Of a stretch of DNA of 64,000 nt, positions 20,295 to 29,160 are shown in pieces; the stretch's first letter is position 1, and each line of letters begins with the position of its first letter. A program made the position numbers and the translations under genes. The stretch is from the NCBI GenBank assembly GCA_902593945.1, contig CACJKA010000005.1:16643-80642 (forward strand). Direction: 5' to 3'. The notes under the pieces are model-generated. The model made no database searches and was not told where the DNA came from. It saw only the letters and a program-made list of their open reading frames with translations. Source of the stretch: an uncultured Candidatus Poseidoniales archaeon (lineage in GTDB: Archaea > Thermoplasmatota > Poseidoniia > Poseidoniales > Thalassarchaeaceae).

Positions 20295-20352
20295 TTGGAA
20301 AATTGGATGACTAGATTGTTTTGCTAGCCTGCAACATCCTAGATGTCACGCA

Positions 20353-20395
20353 GCGACAGACTCCCCTAGGGCGACTAAGTCCTAGGGAGAGTCGC
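20353..20395. terminator. strong imperfect hairpin between convergent genes (candidate bidirectional terminator)
   Basis: GCGAC-AGA-CTCCCCTAGG / loop GCGACTAAGT / CCTAGGGAGA-GTCGC. The CCCTAGG/CCTAGGG core pairs perfectly and the GCGAC/GTCGC outer stem pairs too. It lies between the stop at 20294 (+) and the stop at 20403 (-). Confidence 0.5.
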
Positions 20396-20402
20396 AACCC
20401 TT

Positions 20403-21407
20403 TCAAAAATCAAATAATGTTGGTTGACTTTCGGACTTTAGTCTATTGGAATTAGCAAGTCTAGTGATTGCCCTTGAAATTCTCTTATCGCTAAAACCTC
20501 TAGATTTGGCGAACTGCGTAAGTTTTTCTTCATTTGATTTAGATGATTCTGGCAATCTTTGTGGGTGTACTGGATGATTTCTAAATAATTCTCTAATTTC
20601 TTCTAGATTCTCTGGTAAATCGAATCCTTTTTCGATTGAAACATTTTCCATTGTCCCATGCTTTTTAATTAACTTAAGGCCAGTTTTCGGCCCAATTCCT
20701 CTAATCCCTTCATGAAAATCAGTTCCTATCATTATTCCAAGGTCGACTAATTGTTCATAATTTATCCCATGCATTTCCAGCATTTCTTGTAATACTATTT
20801 TTTCAGCCTGTAATACTCTTCCGAATTTTCTTGTTCCATGAGATGTCAAATTTCTAATCATAACAGGCGCTCCATAAAGCAGCGTATCCCAATCTTGACT
20901 GGCTACAGCAAAAACTTCCTTATTTCTACATCTTACAGCAGCAGCGCCTTCTGCTTCCATCGGTGCTTCTAACCAGGTAACACCCAGACAATCAAACAAT
21001 TCTTTTGTTTCTGCAACCATTTCTCTAGTATATTCTGCGGTTTGCGGACCTAACTTCTTAGCTGCTGCTAGGTCCCCGGATTCAATTGCAGCTTCCCACT
21101 TAGAAACCGCATTTATTTTCCTTTCTTTCCTAGTACCCAATGTTTCCATCTTTAATTGATGAGGCTTACCATCAAAAACAAACACAGGATCTATCCCTTC
21201 TTCAATCATTATTGTTGCCCTATCTAAGAATCCCATTAAATGTGCTACTGGCTTTCCATTATACGATAATGGTTTCCCATCTTGGCCTGTTAGACTAGTA
21301 ATGAACTGGTAGGCATTAAGAAAAACATCTACAGCGACTTTTTCACCCTTTAGTTCATTTAAATCGATAGGCTGAGAAGGTGCTAGGTCTCTTAAATTAC
21401 AGCCCAT
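20403..21407 (-). CDS. fen: flap endonuclease 1 (FEN-1)
   Basis: MGCNLRDLAPSQPIDLNELKGEKVAVDVFLNAYQFI... is the canonical FEN-1/XPG N-terminus, and the H3TH region GIRGIGPKTGLKLIK is present. I start at ATG 21407-21405. The track ORF extends 96 codons further to 21695, where it overlaps the divergent gene and has no FEN-1 similarity. Confidence 0.9.
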   Translation of the reverse strand: MGCNLRDLAPSQPIDLNELKGEKVAVDVFLNAYQFITSLTGQDGKPLSYNGKPVAHLMGFLDRATIMIEEGIDPVFVFDGKPHQLKMETLGTRKERKINAVSKWEAAIESGDLAAAKKLGPQTAEYTREMVAETKELFDCLGVTWLEAPMEAEGAAAVRCRNKEVFAVASQDWDTLLYGAPVMIRNLTSHGTRKFGRVLQAEKIVLQEMLEMHGINYEQLVDLGIMIGTDFHEGIRGIGPKTGLKLIKKHGTMENVSIEKGFDLPENLEEIRELFRNHPVHPQRLPESSKSNEEKLTQFAKSRGFSDKRISRAITRLANSNRLKSESQPTLFDF

Positions 21408-21495
21408 GGTTGTTCCGCTCCTCTGTTGATATGCTATGGCGGGCGTCGAGGCATTTAGGGTTGAAGTCCTACACGGGTGAAACATAGGTGTTGTT

Positions 21496-22632
21496 ATGTC
21501 ACAGAGTCTCCTTCTTGGAAGCGGCTGGCATCCACCTTTATTTCGTTCAGAAATTAATGCATTATTTGGGGATATGAAAGTATTACATCCGAGAATAGTT
21601 TTGCTTGAAGAATCAATAGATGAGATTTTCTTTTCTAGAATTTCTAGATCTGCTTTAGTTGATGACTTACTGCATTTCGGTGGACATTCCTTCAATTCAG
21701 ACTTTGAATCAATAGTTGATGAGATTTCTAATTGGTGTAAAGATAATCTACCTTCTGGAAGTTTTGCAGTAAGGAGTAAGAAACTAGGATCTGGTGTAGA
21801 AAATATATCTCGAAGAGACTTGGAAAAAGAAGTTGGTGCGAAACTATTTTCCGAAATAAATCCTGTAAATCTTCATAATCCTGACTTTGAAATTGTGATT
21901 ATCGTTGCCGGAGAAGTTGAAGGAGAAGTTCACAGGGATTCCCTTGAATTTGATTCTTGCATAGTTTGGGGGATTAGAGAGAATAATTGGGAAAAATCAG
22001 ATTATCTTGGCCGTCAACCAATGGAAAGGCCATTCTTTAAGCCAATTTCTCTCGAACCAAGATTAGCTAAATTATTAATTTCACTCGCTCATAAGAAAGG
22101 AAAAACTCCACAAAATTTTATTGATCCATTCTGTGGAACAGGAGGTATAGCAATAGAAGCTTTACTACAAGGAATGGACATATTTGTCAGCGATTTAGAT
22201 CCCACTATGGTTTATGGAGTTAAGAAGAATTTATCTTGGGCTAATGATGATGATGAGAATATAATAGAAGTTGAGAAATGCAGTGTAAAGAATATTGCTG
22301 ATTTATGGGGGGCAAAAGAGAATAGCATATTTGTCTTTGATCCACCCTATGGGAGAAATGCTTGGAAATCAGATGATGGCTTGGAATTATTTCTTTCTGC
22401 ACTTGAACAGGCGCTAAAGATAGACCCTGATTCAGTAATATCCACTATGTTGCCTGCTGGCGCCGAGTCACTTGAAAATAATCCCAATACTGATTACATT
22501 GTCATGGGTCGTCGTTGGAGCGAAATTGAAGAGGAAATCAACCAAAGAGGTTGGAGAGTAAATTTACGTTCTCCAGTAAAAGTCCACAAAAGTTTAGCAA
22601 GAATGGTCGTTGTTTGTCATCCGTTGCATTGA
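21496..22632 (+). CDS. trm11: THUMP-domain tRNA (guanine-N2)-methyltransferase (Trm11/TrmG10-like)
   Basis: N-terminal THUMP-like region, SAM motif I DPFCGTGGIAIEA and motif IV DPPYG. GGTG lies 5 nt upstream of the ATG. Confidence 0.8.
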   Translation: MSQSLLLGSGWHPPLFRSEINALFGDMKVLHPRIVLLEESIDEIFFSRISRSALVDDLLHFGGHSFNSDFESIVDEISNWCKDNLPSGSFAVRSKKLGSGVENISRRDLEKEVGAKLFSEINPVNLHNPDFEIVIIVAGEVEGEVHRDSLEFDSCIVWGIRENNWEKSDYLGRQPMERPFFKPISLEPRLAKLLISLAHKKGKTPQNFIDPFCGTGGIAIEALLQGMDIFVSDLDPTMVYGVKKNLSWANDDDENIIEVEKCSVKNIADLWGAKENSIFVFDPPYGRNAWKSDDGLELFLSALEQALKIDPDSVISTMLPAGAESLENNPNTDYIVMGRRWSEIEEEINQRGWRVNLRSPVKVHKSLARMVVVCHPLH

Positions 22633-22662
22633 AATCAGATTACCCTTGCACATACAATTACT

Positions 22663-22737
22663 GGGCTGTTAGTTTAGTGGATAAAATGGGGCGCTTCGGA
22701 CGCCTTGCCCCGGGTTCGAATCCTGGACGGCCCACCA
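22663..22737 (+). tRNA. tRNA-Arg (anticodon TCG), CCA encoded
   Basis: Manual fold: acceptor GGGCTGT/ACGGCCC (one G-U pair), D arm GTTT-AGTGGATA-AAAT, anticodon arm GGGCG-CTTCGGA-CGCCT, T arm CCGGG-TTCGAAT-CCTGG, discriminator A, then CCA. 75 nt. Confidence 0.9.
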
Positions 22738-22748
22738 TTAACTCAATT

Positions 22749-22979
22749 CTATTGCAAATCTTTGTCAATATTTTTTCTTTTCTTAATTTGTTTGAATAAC
22801 ACTCTTGAAAATACCATTGAGAATAATAGGAACAGCCACCAGGGAATTATCGTATTTTTATCAATAAAATAAGTTACTATTAGTATTCCGAAACCATAAA
22901 ATGCTCTGAATATTGAATATGCAATGAATGATTTAACAAGCTTATTATCAAGAAAACTCTGGATTTTTGAATCACTCAT
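22749..22979 (-). CDS. small two-TM membrane protein, translationally coupled to ribD
   Basis: MSDSKIQSFLDNK... with two hydrophobic helices and a basic tail. Its ATG (22979-22977) shares one base with the ribD stop TAA (TAATG). The track start at 22994 is 5 codons further upstream. Confidence 0.5.
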   Translation of the reverse strand: MSDSKIQSFLDNKLVKSFIAYSIFRAFYGFGILIVTYFIDKNTIIPWWLFLLFSMVFSRVLFKQIKKRKNIDKDLQ

Positions 22980-24061
22980 TAGTTTCTCTCCCATTTAGTA
23001 ATAATATCATTACCTAATGTTATTTCTTCTTTCAAAACTAATCCTGCTTCTTCAAGATAACTTTTGTAGAAATAATCTTCATTTTGTGCATCTAATTCTA
23101 TATTCGAAATACAAAGATGAGCCGAATCTACTAGTTTTTGTTCCAAGAAACGCTTCCAAGTTTCTAACCCTCCTTCAACTAACAAAGTTTGGACCTCTAA
23201 ATCACCTAAACAATCTAGTATCTTTTCCACATCTATTTCCCCATTTTCTGAAGGTAAAACAATTCTATTTACATGGTCTCTATCATTGCTAGAGTCATAT
23301 TTCTTTGCATTAATTAGATATGTTTCAGCATCTGGAACTGCCATCAAGTGACAATCCATAGGAATCCGATTATTTGGATCAATTACCACTCTTTTTGGAG
23401 TTATGTCGGTGGTAGATTTTTCTTCACCCCTCACAGTTAATCTAGGATTATCTCTGATTACGGTGTTTACTCCTACAATTATTGCCATTGAATCTCTTCT
23501 TATTTCATGGACTAAACCTAATGATTCCTTTGATGAGAATCTAACGGCGGGTTTCCCCGGGTCACCATCTATTCTTCCATTATTGTCTGTAGCTGCCTTT
23601 AGTAGAACCTGTGGTCTTCTATGTTCGCACCAATGCATGAATCCTGACATCTGGTCATGGCATTCTTTCTCAAGTACACCAATCTCAATTTCAATACCTT
23701 CTTTTGACAGGGCTTCAACGCCTCCTCCTCTGACGGTAGGATTTGGATCTGCTACACCAATGATGACTTTTTTTACGCCTGCCCACATTAAAGCCTCGCT
23801 ACAAGGAGGAGTTCTACCAAAGTGATTACAAGGTTCTAGTGTGACATATGCAACAGAACCCTGAGTTTCGACACCTCTTGATTCAGCATCTGCAATTGCC
23901 ATTTGTTCTGCATGGAGTCCCCCAAGATGATCGTGCCAACCTTCAGCGATTATTTTTCCATCTCTAACTAATACGCATCCAACTAGCGGATTTGGACGAA
24001 CTGAAAAGCGTCCCTTTTCAGCTAATTCAATAGCTCGGCGCATGAAATCTTCGTCTTGCAT
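22979..24061 (-). CDS. ribD: bifunctional riboflavin biosynthesis protein RibD (pyrimidine deaminase / uracil reductase)
   Basis: CMP/dCMP-type deaminase zinc motifs GGLHAEQMAI and TLEPCNHFGRTPPCS, followed by a RibD C-terminal reductase-like half. Confidence 0.9.
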   Translation of the reverse strand: MQDEDFMRRAIELAEKGRFSVRPNPLVGCVLVRDGKIIAEGWHDHLGGLHAEQMAIADAESRGVETQGSVAYVTLEPCNHFGRTPPCSEALMWAGVKKVIIGVADPNPTVRGGGVEALSKEGIEIEIGVLEKECHDQMSGFMHWCEHRRPQVLLKAATDNNGRIDGDPGKPAVRFSSKESLGLVHEIRRDSMAIIVGVNTVIRDNPRLTVRGEEKSTTDITPKRVVIDPNNRIPMDCHLMAVPDAETYLINAKKYDSSNDRDHVNRIVLPSENGEIDVEKILDCLGDLEVQTLLVEGGLETWKRFLEQKLVDSAHLCISNIELDAQNEDYFYKSYLEEAGLVLKEEITLGNDIITKWERN

Positions 24062-24149
24062 ACGACTCCCTTACGACGTTCGAAGTATTCTTCATACAAG
24101 ATTCCTCGCTTTGCGAGCATTCAAGTCTCAAATCCCCGCTCGGATAATC

Positions 24150-25196
24150 ATGACACGTATTGCATGCATCCTTAATCCGAAAGCCCGAGACGGTTTATCG
24201 TTGAAACAATGGGACTTATTCCTTCCTGCTTTAGAAGAAGCAGGCTTTGATATTTCATTGCATAAAACAGAATATTCGGGACATGCTACGGAGATTTCCC
24301 ATAGTCTCGTTAATGAAGGCTATGAACTAGTAGTGGCGGTTGGAGGTGATGGAACAGTCCATGAGGTTGCCTCTGGTTTGAGAGGTTCAGAGACTCCTCT
24401 CGGCATTCTTCCAATTGGTAGTGGTAATGATTATGCAAGGGCGCATGGCATTCCTATTCCAAGGGGAAAAAAATTTCCTAGAATGAAAGAAGCAATAAAT
24501 ATTCTAAGTAATGGAATTGATCGAAGAGTTGGTGCAGTTAGAGTCGAAGGAAAACCTGCTATTGGCCACCATTCCATACCTGATCCACAACATCACTCAG
24601 TAGATGGTATACCAGAGAAAGAAGGAAACATGGTTCGTTGGAGTTTCTTAGAAGTCGATAGTGGAGTAACATCGGTAGTTAATAGGATGAAAAATGAAGG
24701 TAAATTCAAGTGGATTAGAGGGCAACTCAAGTATACTTTTCTAGGAATCAGCGCGGTTTTAGGGTGGAAAAAACAGAGTGGATGGATAAAAATCGAAGAT
24801 AATCCTGGTGAAGTAATTGAATTTTCAGGACTTTTCTGTCTTTCTCAATGTCAAACATTTGGAGGAGGATACAAAGTCACTCCGGGGGCATCTCCAATAC
24901 AATCTAAACCCTCTTTATTGCTAGCCTTTGGTCTTTCAAAAGTTCAAATGCTTTTGGTAATGGGTCCTTTACAAAAAGGGACCCATTTAGGAAAATGGGG
25001 TAAGATAAGTATGCAATCTGCAACCTCTCTTGAGGTTAAAGCTGTAGATTCTGAAAATCAACCAACAGATGAGAGTCATAATCCAACTATGTATGTAAAT
25101 GTTGATGGCGAGGCAGTTTTAACTACGCCAGTATCGATGAATTATCATGACAATCAAATTACTGTCCGCGGCGCTGCATCAATTCCTAATGAGTGA
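24150..25196 (+). CDS. diacylglycerol kinase catalytic-domain family lipid kinase (YegS/LCB5-like)
   Basis: MTRIACILNPKARDG..., GGDGTVHEV and GSGNDYAR motifs. I start at ATG 24150. The track's 36-codon extension overlaps the ribD 5' end. Confidence 0.8.
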   Translation: MTRIACILNPKARDGLSLKQWDLFLPALEEAGFDISLHKTEYSGHATEISHSLVNEGYELVVAVGGDGTVHEVASGLRGSETPLGILPIGSGNDYARAHGIPIPRGKKFPRMKEAINILSNGIDRRVGAVRVEGKPAIGHHSIPDPQHHSVDGIPEKEGNMVRWSFLEVDSGVTSVVNRMKNEGKFKWIRGQLKYTFLGISAVLGWKKQSGWIKIEDNPGEVIEFSGLFCLSQCQTFGGGYKVTPGASPIQSKPSLLLAFGLSKVQMLLVMGPLQKGTHLGKWGKISMQSATSLEVKAVDSENQPTDESHNPTMYVNVDGEAVLTTPVSMNYHDNQITVRGAASIPNE

Positions 25197-25199
25197 TAG

Positions 25200-25285
25200 T
25201 GGCGCCGAGAGAGGGATTTGAACCCCCGCGTCCAATGGACAGTGGATTTCAAATCCACCGCAATACCGGGCTATGCGATCTCGGC
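25200..25285 (-). tRNA. tRNA-Ser (anticodon TGA), CCA encoded
   Basis: Reverse complement folds as acceptor GCCGAGA/TCTCGGC, anticodon arm GTGGA-TTTGAAA-TCCAC, a long class II variable arm, T arm GGGGG-TTCAAAT-CCCTC, discriminator G, then CCA. 86 nt. Confidence 0.9.
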
Positions 25286-25328
25286 CGCGCTCTATCGAAT
25301 CACTCATTAGAAATGAACTTTACAATCA

Positions 25329-25691
25329 TCAACTGTAAAATCCAGGTCTACACCATTCTGGCAATCCAGTGGTTGCTTCTGGGTGTGTTAATCCGATGAA
25401 TAGTATCATTACAATTATGAAAAATGCTGGAAATAGTGCTGTCAGAGTAAGGATCTTTGAATCTTCATCTCCCCATAAATGCATAAAAATTGCTGCAATC
25501 ATTATAAATTTTGGAAGCCCTATTCCTACTAATATTAACAATGTTAATTCTTTTTCTGTATAACTCAGTCCAGTTGTTTCAGGTGATAAATCTAGACCAA
25601 CAGCTGCTACTTCAATTAGAGTCAGAATCATCAATCCAAAAAAGTTCATCCAGTACAAATCTTTTCCCATTATTGTTTTGTGTTCTCCCAT
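25329..25691 (-). CDS. small hydrophobic protein, probable cytochrome oxidase subunit IV-like component
   Basis: Last gene of the cox operon, with three hydrophobic helices. I prefer ATG 25691, which has GAGGTG 6 nt upstream. The track's GTG 25700 lies inside that SD. Function is assigned from context only. Confidence 0.55.
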   Translation of the reverse strand: MGEHKTIMGKDLYWMNFFGLMILTLIEVAAVGLDLSPETTGLSYTEKELTLLILVGIGLPKFIMIAAIFMHLWGDEDSKILTLTALFPAFFIIVMILFIGLTHPEATTGLPEWCRPGFYS

Positions 25692-25697
25692 TTTTTT

Positions 25698-25703
25698 CAC
25701 CTC
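25698..25703 (-). promoter_or_regulatory. Shine-Dalgarno-like GAGGTG, 6 nt upstream of the subunit IV-like ATG
   Basis: The + strand cacctc at 25698-25703 reads GAGGTG on the coding strand. It overlaps the coxC stop codon. Confidence 0.5.
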
Positions 25704-26769
25704 AATATAGATAGAAGAATGGGAATACTATCACCCAAACTAAGTCAACAAAGTGCCAGTAAAGACCGAAGTATTCGATAGATACCGCATTCTTTGGAGT
25801 GTAACCGCCTTTCCAAGCTTTGAGAGTCATATAGGTCAATCCCACAATTCCTCCAAAGACGTGAACACCGTGTGTTCCTGTCGTGACATAGAAAGTGGAT
25901 GCCCCGACAGTAATGTCCGCAAGCATTGTGGCACCGGTTTCTTCATCAACCCAATTATGGTGATGATAATGATCGGCATTAATCGTGTATCCTTCCGCTA
26001 CAAGCGATTTAATATCATGTTCATGAATGCCTAGGAAACTAATTTCTGGTACATAGAACCCAATAAACCATTCAATCATCTTAAGGGTCAAGAAAATTAC
26101 AGCTAAGAGCCATGTACTTGCTAAATATCTAGTTACAAGTTTCCTTCTCCTGCCTTCATCAATTTCTCCTACTGGCTTACTAGCATATCTTAGAGCTTGT
26201 ACTATTGTGAAGGAAGATACAATTAGAGCAAAGGTGTTTATCGCTCCAGGGGCGATATGCCACCATGAAGATGCGATTAAGTGACTTGCTGGTTCAAAGC
26301 AAATTAAAGCCTCTCCAGTTTCAAGAGTATATCCTTGCTCTACCCAATCTCCTCTCTCAAATACTGTTTGACAGTTTTCAATACCTGTCCTGTATCTGAT
26401 GTAAGTACTAAAAAGCGATGTGAAAACCATCATTTCCGACATTAAGAATACCCACATTCCTACTTTACGAATTTGAATATTTTTGAATGGCGTTCCAGTC
26501 GCCATAGGCTCATAAGTTCCATCAAAAGACATATCTTGTCTCCACCATATAATTAGCCCAAATAGAACTACTATTAAGCCAAACATTACTATTGGAATAT
26601 AACTTGCATCGAATACATCATTATTGAAAGCACTAGCAAGCATGAAGAGGAAAATTCCAAATCCAACACTCATGATTAATGGTGCCCATGAATTGTGTGG
26701 TGCACCATGATCCCAGTGATGTGGACCCCATGCGCTTGGATGGTGATGATCATCGTGCTGTCCGCTCAA
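25702..26769 (-). CDS. coxC: cytochrome c oxidase subunit III (enlarged, His-rich N-terminus)
   Basis: The C-terminal hallmark YWHFVDLVWVIVFPFFYLY and a multi-TM body. TTG start overlaps the coxA stop (TTGA). 355 aa, longer than typical subunit III. Confidence 0.88.
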   Translation of the reverse strand: MSGQHDDHHHPSAWGPHHWDHGAPHNSWAPLIMSVGFGIFLFMLASAFNNDVFDASYIPIVMFGLIVVLFGLIIWWRQDMSFDGTYEPMATGTPFKNIQIRKVGMWVFLMSEMMVFTSLFSTYIRYRTGIENCQTVFERGDWVEQGYTLETGEALICFEPASHLIASSWWHIAPGAINTFALIVSSFTIVQALRYASKPVGEIDEGRRRKLVTRYLASTWLLAVIFLTLKMIEWFIGFYVPEISFLGIHEHDIKSLVAEGYTINADHYHHHNWVDEETGATMLADITVGASTFYVTTGTHGVHVFGGIVGLTYMTLKAWKGGYTPKNAVSIEYFGLYWHFVDLVWVIVFPFFYLY

Positions 26770-29141
26770 TTTGATCCCTCCTCTTTATCTGCAACCATGA
26801 GTCTACTGAACCATTCTGCAAGTTTACCTGGCTCATTTGCTATGTGTTCATTAGCATCTGTTAGAACAGGCAAGTCATGCCATTCTCCGTCTTCAAATCT
26901 ACCAAAAGAAGGAGTGGGTGGTGGCGATTCTGTCATCCATTCAAACGACCATCCACCCCATGGATCTGCAGGAGCATCTTTCCCTCTAACTACTGATATA
27001 ATTACATTAATAATTAACAAGAAGTTACTGAAGAAGAACAATATGGCAGAGACTGTAATGAACATATTCCAGCCAGCTGCTTCAGGAGGAAGTGCACCTA
27101 TGACTGCTTCAGTAATTACTTCGCCATCAACTCCTCTTACTTCATCAACTGATATAAAGTAGGTGTGATGTCTACGTGCCATACCCCAAACACCTAGTCT
27201 GTGCATAGGCCAGAATACCCCATTATAAGTTATGAACGCAGTTAGGAAATGTAAAACCCCAAGTCTTTCATCTAGCATCTTACCAGTCATTTTCGGGAAC
27301 CAATAATATACTCCACAGAACAGTCCAAAGACAGTTCCTCCGACCAAAACGTAGTGGAAGTGAGCGACTACGAAGTATGATTCATGGAAATGTAAATCCA
27401 TAGCCATACTCGGGAAGAACATACCTGAAATTCCTCCTAGTGTGAAGGTAACTAAGAATCCCAACGCCCAAAGCGTATGTGTTCGGTATACTAAGGAACC
27501 ACCATTCATTGTCATCAGCCAGTTGAATATCTTGATTCCGGTCGGAACAGCAACAAGCATCGTAGTTAACATTGTTACAAATCTAAGTGTTGGATCCATT
27601 CCAGAAGTAAACATGTGGTGTCCATAAACAATAAACGATACAACTCCGATACCTGCCATTGCATAGACCATTGAACGATATCCAAACACTGAGCGTCTAG
27701 CACTGGTTGCAATCACTTCTGATATAATTCCAAAAGCAGGAACAATCACAACGTAAACCTCAGGGTGGCCGAAATACCAGAATAAGTGGCTCCAAAGTAA
27801 AGGATCGCCTCCTGATGCGGCATCATAAAAGGCAGTCCCAATTACTCTATCTAAGTAAACTTGTATCAATCCTACTCCGAAAGCCGGAATTGATAAGAAC
27901 AGCATAAGATTTGCAATTAGAATAGACCAAGTAAACAAAGGCATATGCATCCAACCCATTCCCTCTGCTCGCATTACTGCTATGGTAGTTAGGAAGTTGA
28001 TACCAGTTAGTGTTGAAGATGCAACCAGTAATATCTGACCAGCAACCCACATAGTAGTTCCAGAATGAGCAGTTTCGCTAACGATATATGGTGCATAACC
28101 TGTCCAACCTGTGTCAGCCCCTGTACCAGTAAATACTCCGGTAAAAATCAGCATTGCTCCAACAGGTTGTAACCAGAAACTCATTGCATTTAGTCTTGGG
28201 AAAGCAAGATCAGGAGCACCAATTTGTAGCGGCACCATCCAATTGGCAGCCCCGTTAATTAGAGGCATTGCTGCTAAAAATATCATTGTGGTTCCATGTA
28301 GTGTGAAGAATTGGTTGTACTGATCTTGAGTTAAGAAATCATTTCCTGGCTCCATTAGTTGTATTCTAATTAGTATAGCCATAATTCCTCCTATTCCAAG
28401 GAAAAAGAAACCTGCTAAGAAATACAGAGTCCCAACTCTCTTATGGTCTGTTGTAGTTAACCAACCTGCAACCCAAGGTGCAAAGTTTTCCCAATCAAAT
28501 GAGTCTGGATTATTTTGATAGAATATGAATGTAAGAACCATTAATAATAGCACAAAACTAACTATAATCAATGTCGTTAATACAGTATATGGGTTTGCTT
28601 GTTCTAGTATAACAGTAGGTGAAGCGACTTGGATACTTAGTCGGTTCCATTCATCTCCACTTGTACCGCCTTCTGGACTTCCTGCATTACCATTTACAGA
28701 ATTAGCATGGAGAATAAATTCTACATTTCTATCATTTGATGGAGCAATCCAGTCAACAGTCCACATTGTTTGATCATTACCTGCATCTGTATGAGATACT
28801 TCATTTGGATTCCATGATTGAACTGATGCATCGCTTGGAGTTATCTCTCCATCACTTACCCAAAGATTGAATCCTCCTTGGTTGATATTAGATGGATCAG
28901 CAGGTCCTCCTGTGAAACCAATTGTTAGAGTATAAACTTCTGAATAGTTGTATATTTCAGGTAATCCATCTAATATTGGTACCACCGAATCACTGACAAC
29001 AGCGCCATGGCAATTACATCCAGAGTCTTTTACTCCAGCAACTCCGGTCGGTAAGGAAGTAGCTGAAGGAACTGCCACCATTCCCAATAGAAGAACGACA
29101 AAGATTACCAGAGTTCTAGATGCTATTTTTTCCTTATTCAT
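26766..29141 (-). CDS. coxA: cytochrome c oxidase subunit I with ~220-aa N-terminal extracytoplasmic extension
   Basis: The haem-copper oxidase core starts near WLTTTDHKRVGTLYF. Further core motifs are TLHGTTMIFLAAMP, LFWYFGHPEVYVVIVPAFG (CuB His plus cross-linked Tyr), HHMFTSG and HFHYVL. It is preceded by a TM, a ~155-aa domain and a second TM. Confidence 0.93.
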   Translation of the reverse strand: MNKEKIASRTLVIFVVLLLGMVAVPSATSLPTGVAGVKDSGCNCHGAVVSDSVVPILDGLPEIYNYSEVYTLTIGFTGGPADPSNINQGGFNLWVSDGEITPSDASVQSWNPNEVSHTDAGNDQTMWTVDWIAPSNDRNVEFILHANSVNGNAGSPEGGTSGDEWNRLSIQVASPTVILEQANPYTVLTTLIIVSFVLLLMVLTFIFYQNNPDSFDWENFAPWVAGWLTTTDHKRVGTLYFLAGFFFLGIGGIMAILIRIQLMEPGNDFLTQDQYNQFFTLHGTTMIFLAAMPLINGAANWMVPLQIGAPDLAFPRLNAMSFWLQPVGAMLIFTGVFTGTGADTGWTGYAPYIVSETAHSGTTMWVAGQILLVASSTLTGINFLTTIAVMRAEGMGWMHMPLFTWSILIANLMLFLSIPAFGVGLIQVYLDRVIGTAFYDAASGGDPLLWSHLFWYFGHPEVYVVIVPAFGIISEVIATSARRSVFGYRSMVYAMAGIGVVSFIVYGHHMFTSGMDPTLRFVTMLTTMLVAVPTGIKIFNWLMTMNGGSLVYRTHTLWALGFLVTFTLGGISGMFFPSMAMDLHFHESYFVVAHFHYVLVGGTVFGLFCGVYYWFPKMTGKMLDERLGVLHFLTAFITYNGVFWPMHRLGVWGMARRHHTYFISVDEVRGVDGEVITEAVIGALPPEAAGWNMFITVSAILFFFSNFLLIINVIISVVRGKDAPADPWGGWSFEWMTESPPPTPSFGRFEDGEWHDLPVLTDANEHIANEPGKLAEWFSRLMVADKEEGSN

Positions 29142-29148
29142 TTTCTTT

Positions 29149-29154
29149 CCTCCT
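29149..29154 (-). promoter_or_regulatory. Shine-Dalgarno AGGAGG, 7 nt upstream of coxA ATG
   Basis: The + strand cctcct at 29149-29154 lies in the 19-nt coxB-coxA spacer. Confidence 0.55.
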
Positions 29155-29160
29155 TTCTAA

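Noticed and set aside
21408-21695. 96-codon N-terminal extension of the FEN-1 ORF in the track (MKECPPKCSK...)
   Set aside because: The canonical FEN-1 N-terminus begins at the internal MGCNLRDL (ATG 21407). The extension has no FEN-1 similarity and overlaps the divergent trm11 gene, which starts at 21496.
22551-22799. ORFs overlapping tRNA genes: 22551..22799, 25193..25399, 53663..53854 and 53703..53897
   Set aside because: Each is explained by a well-folding tRNA (Arg, Ser or Leu) on the same DNA. The translations look non-protein-like.
29010-29030. GCNCHG in the CoxA N-terminal extension as a c-type haem attachment site
   Set aside because: The motif is C-x-C-H, not C-x-x-C-H. I do not call a cytochrome c domain and flag it only as an oddity.
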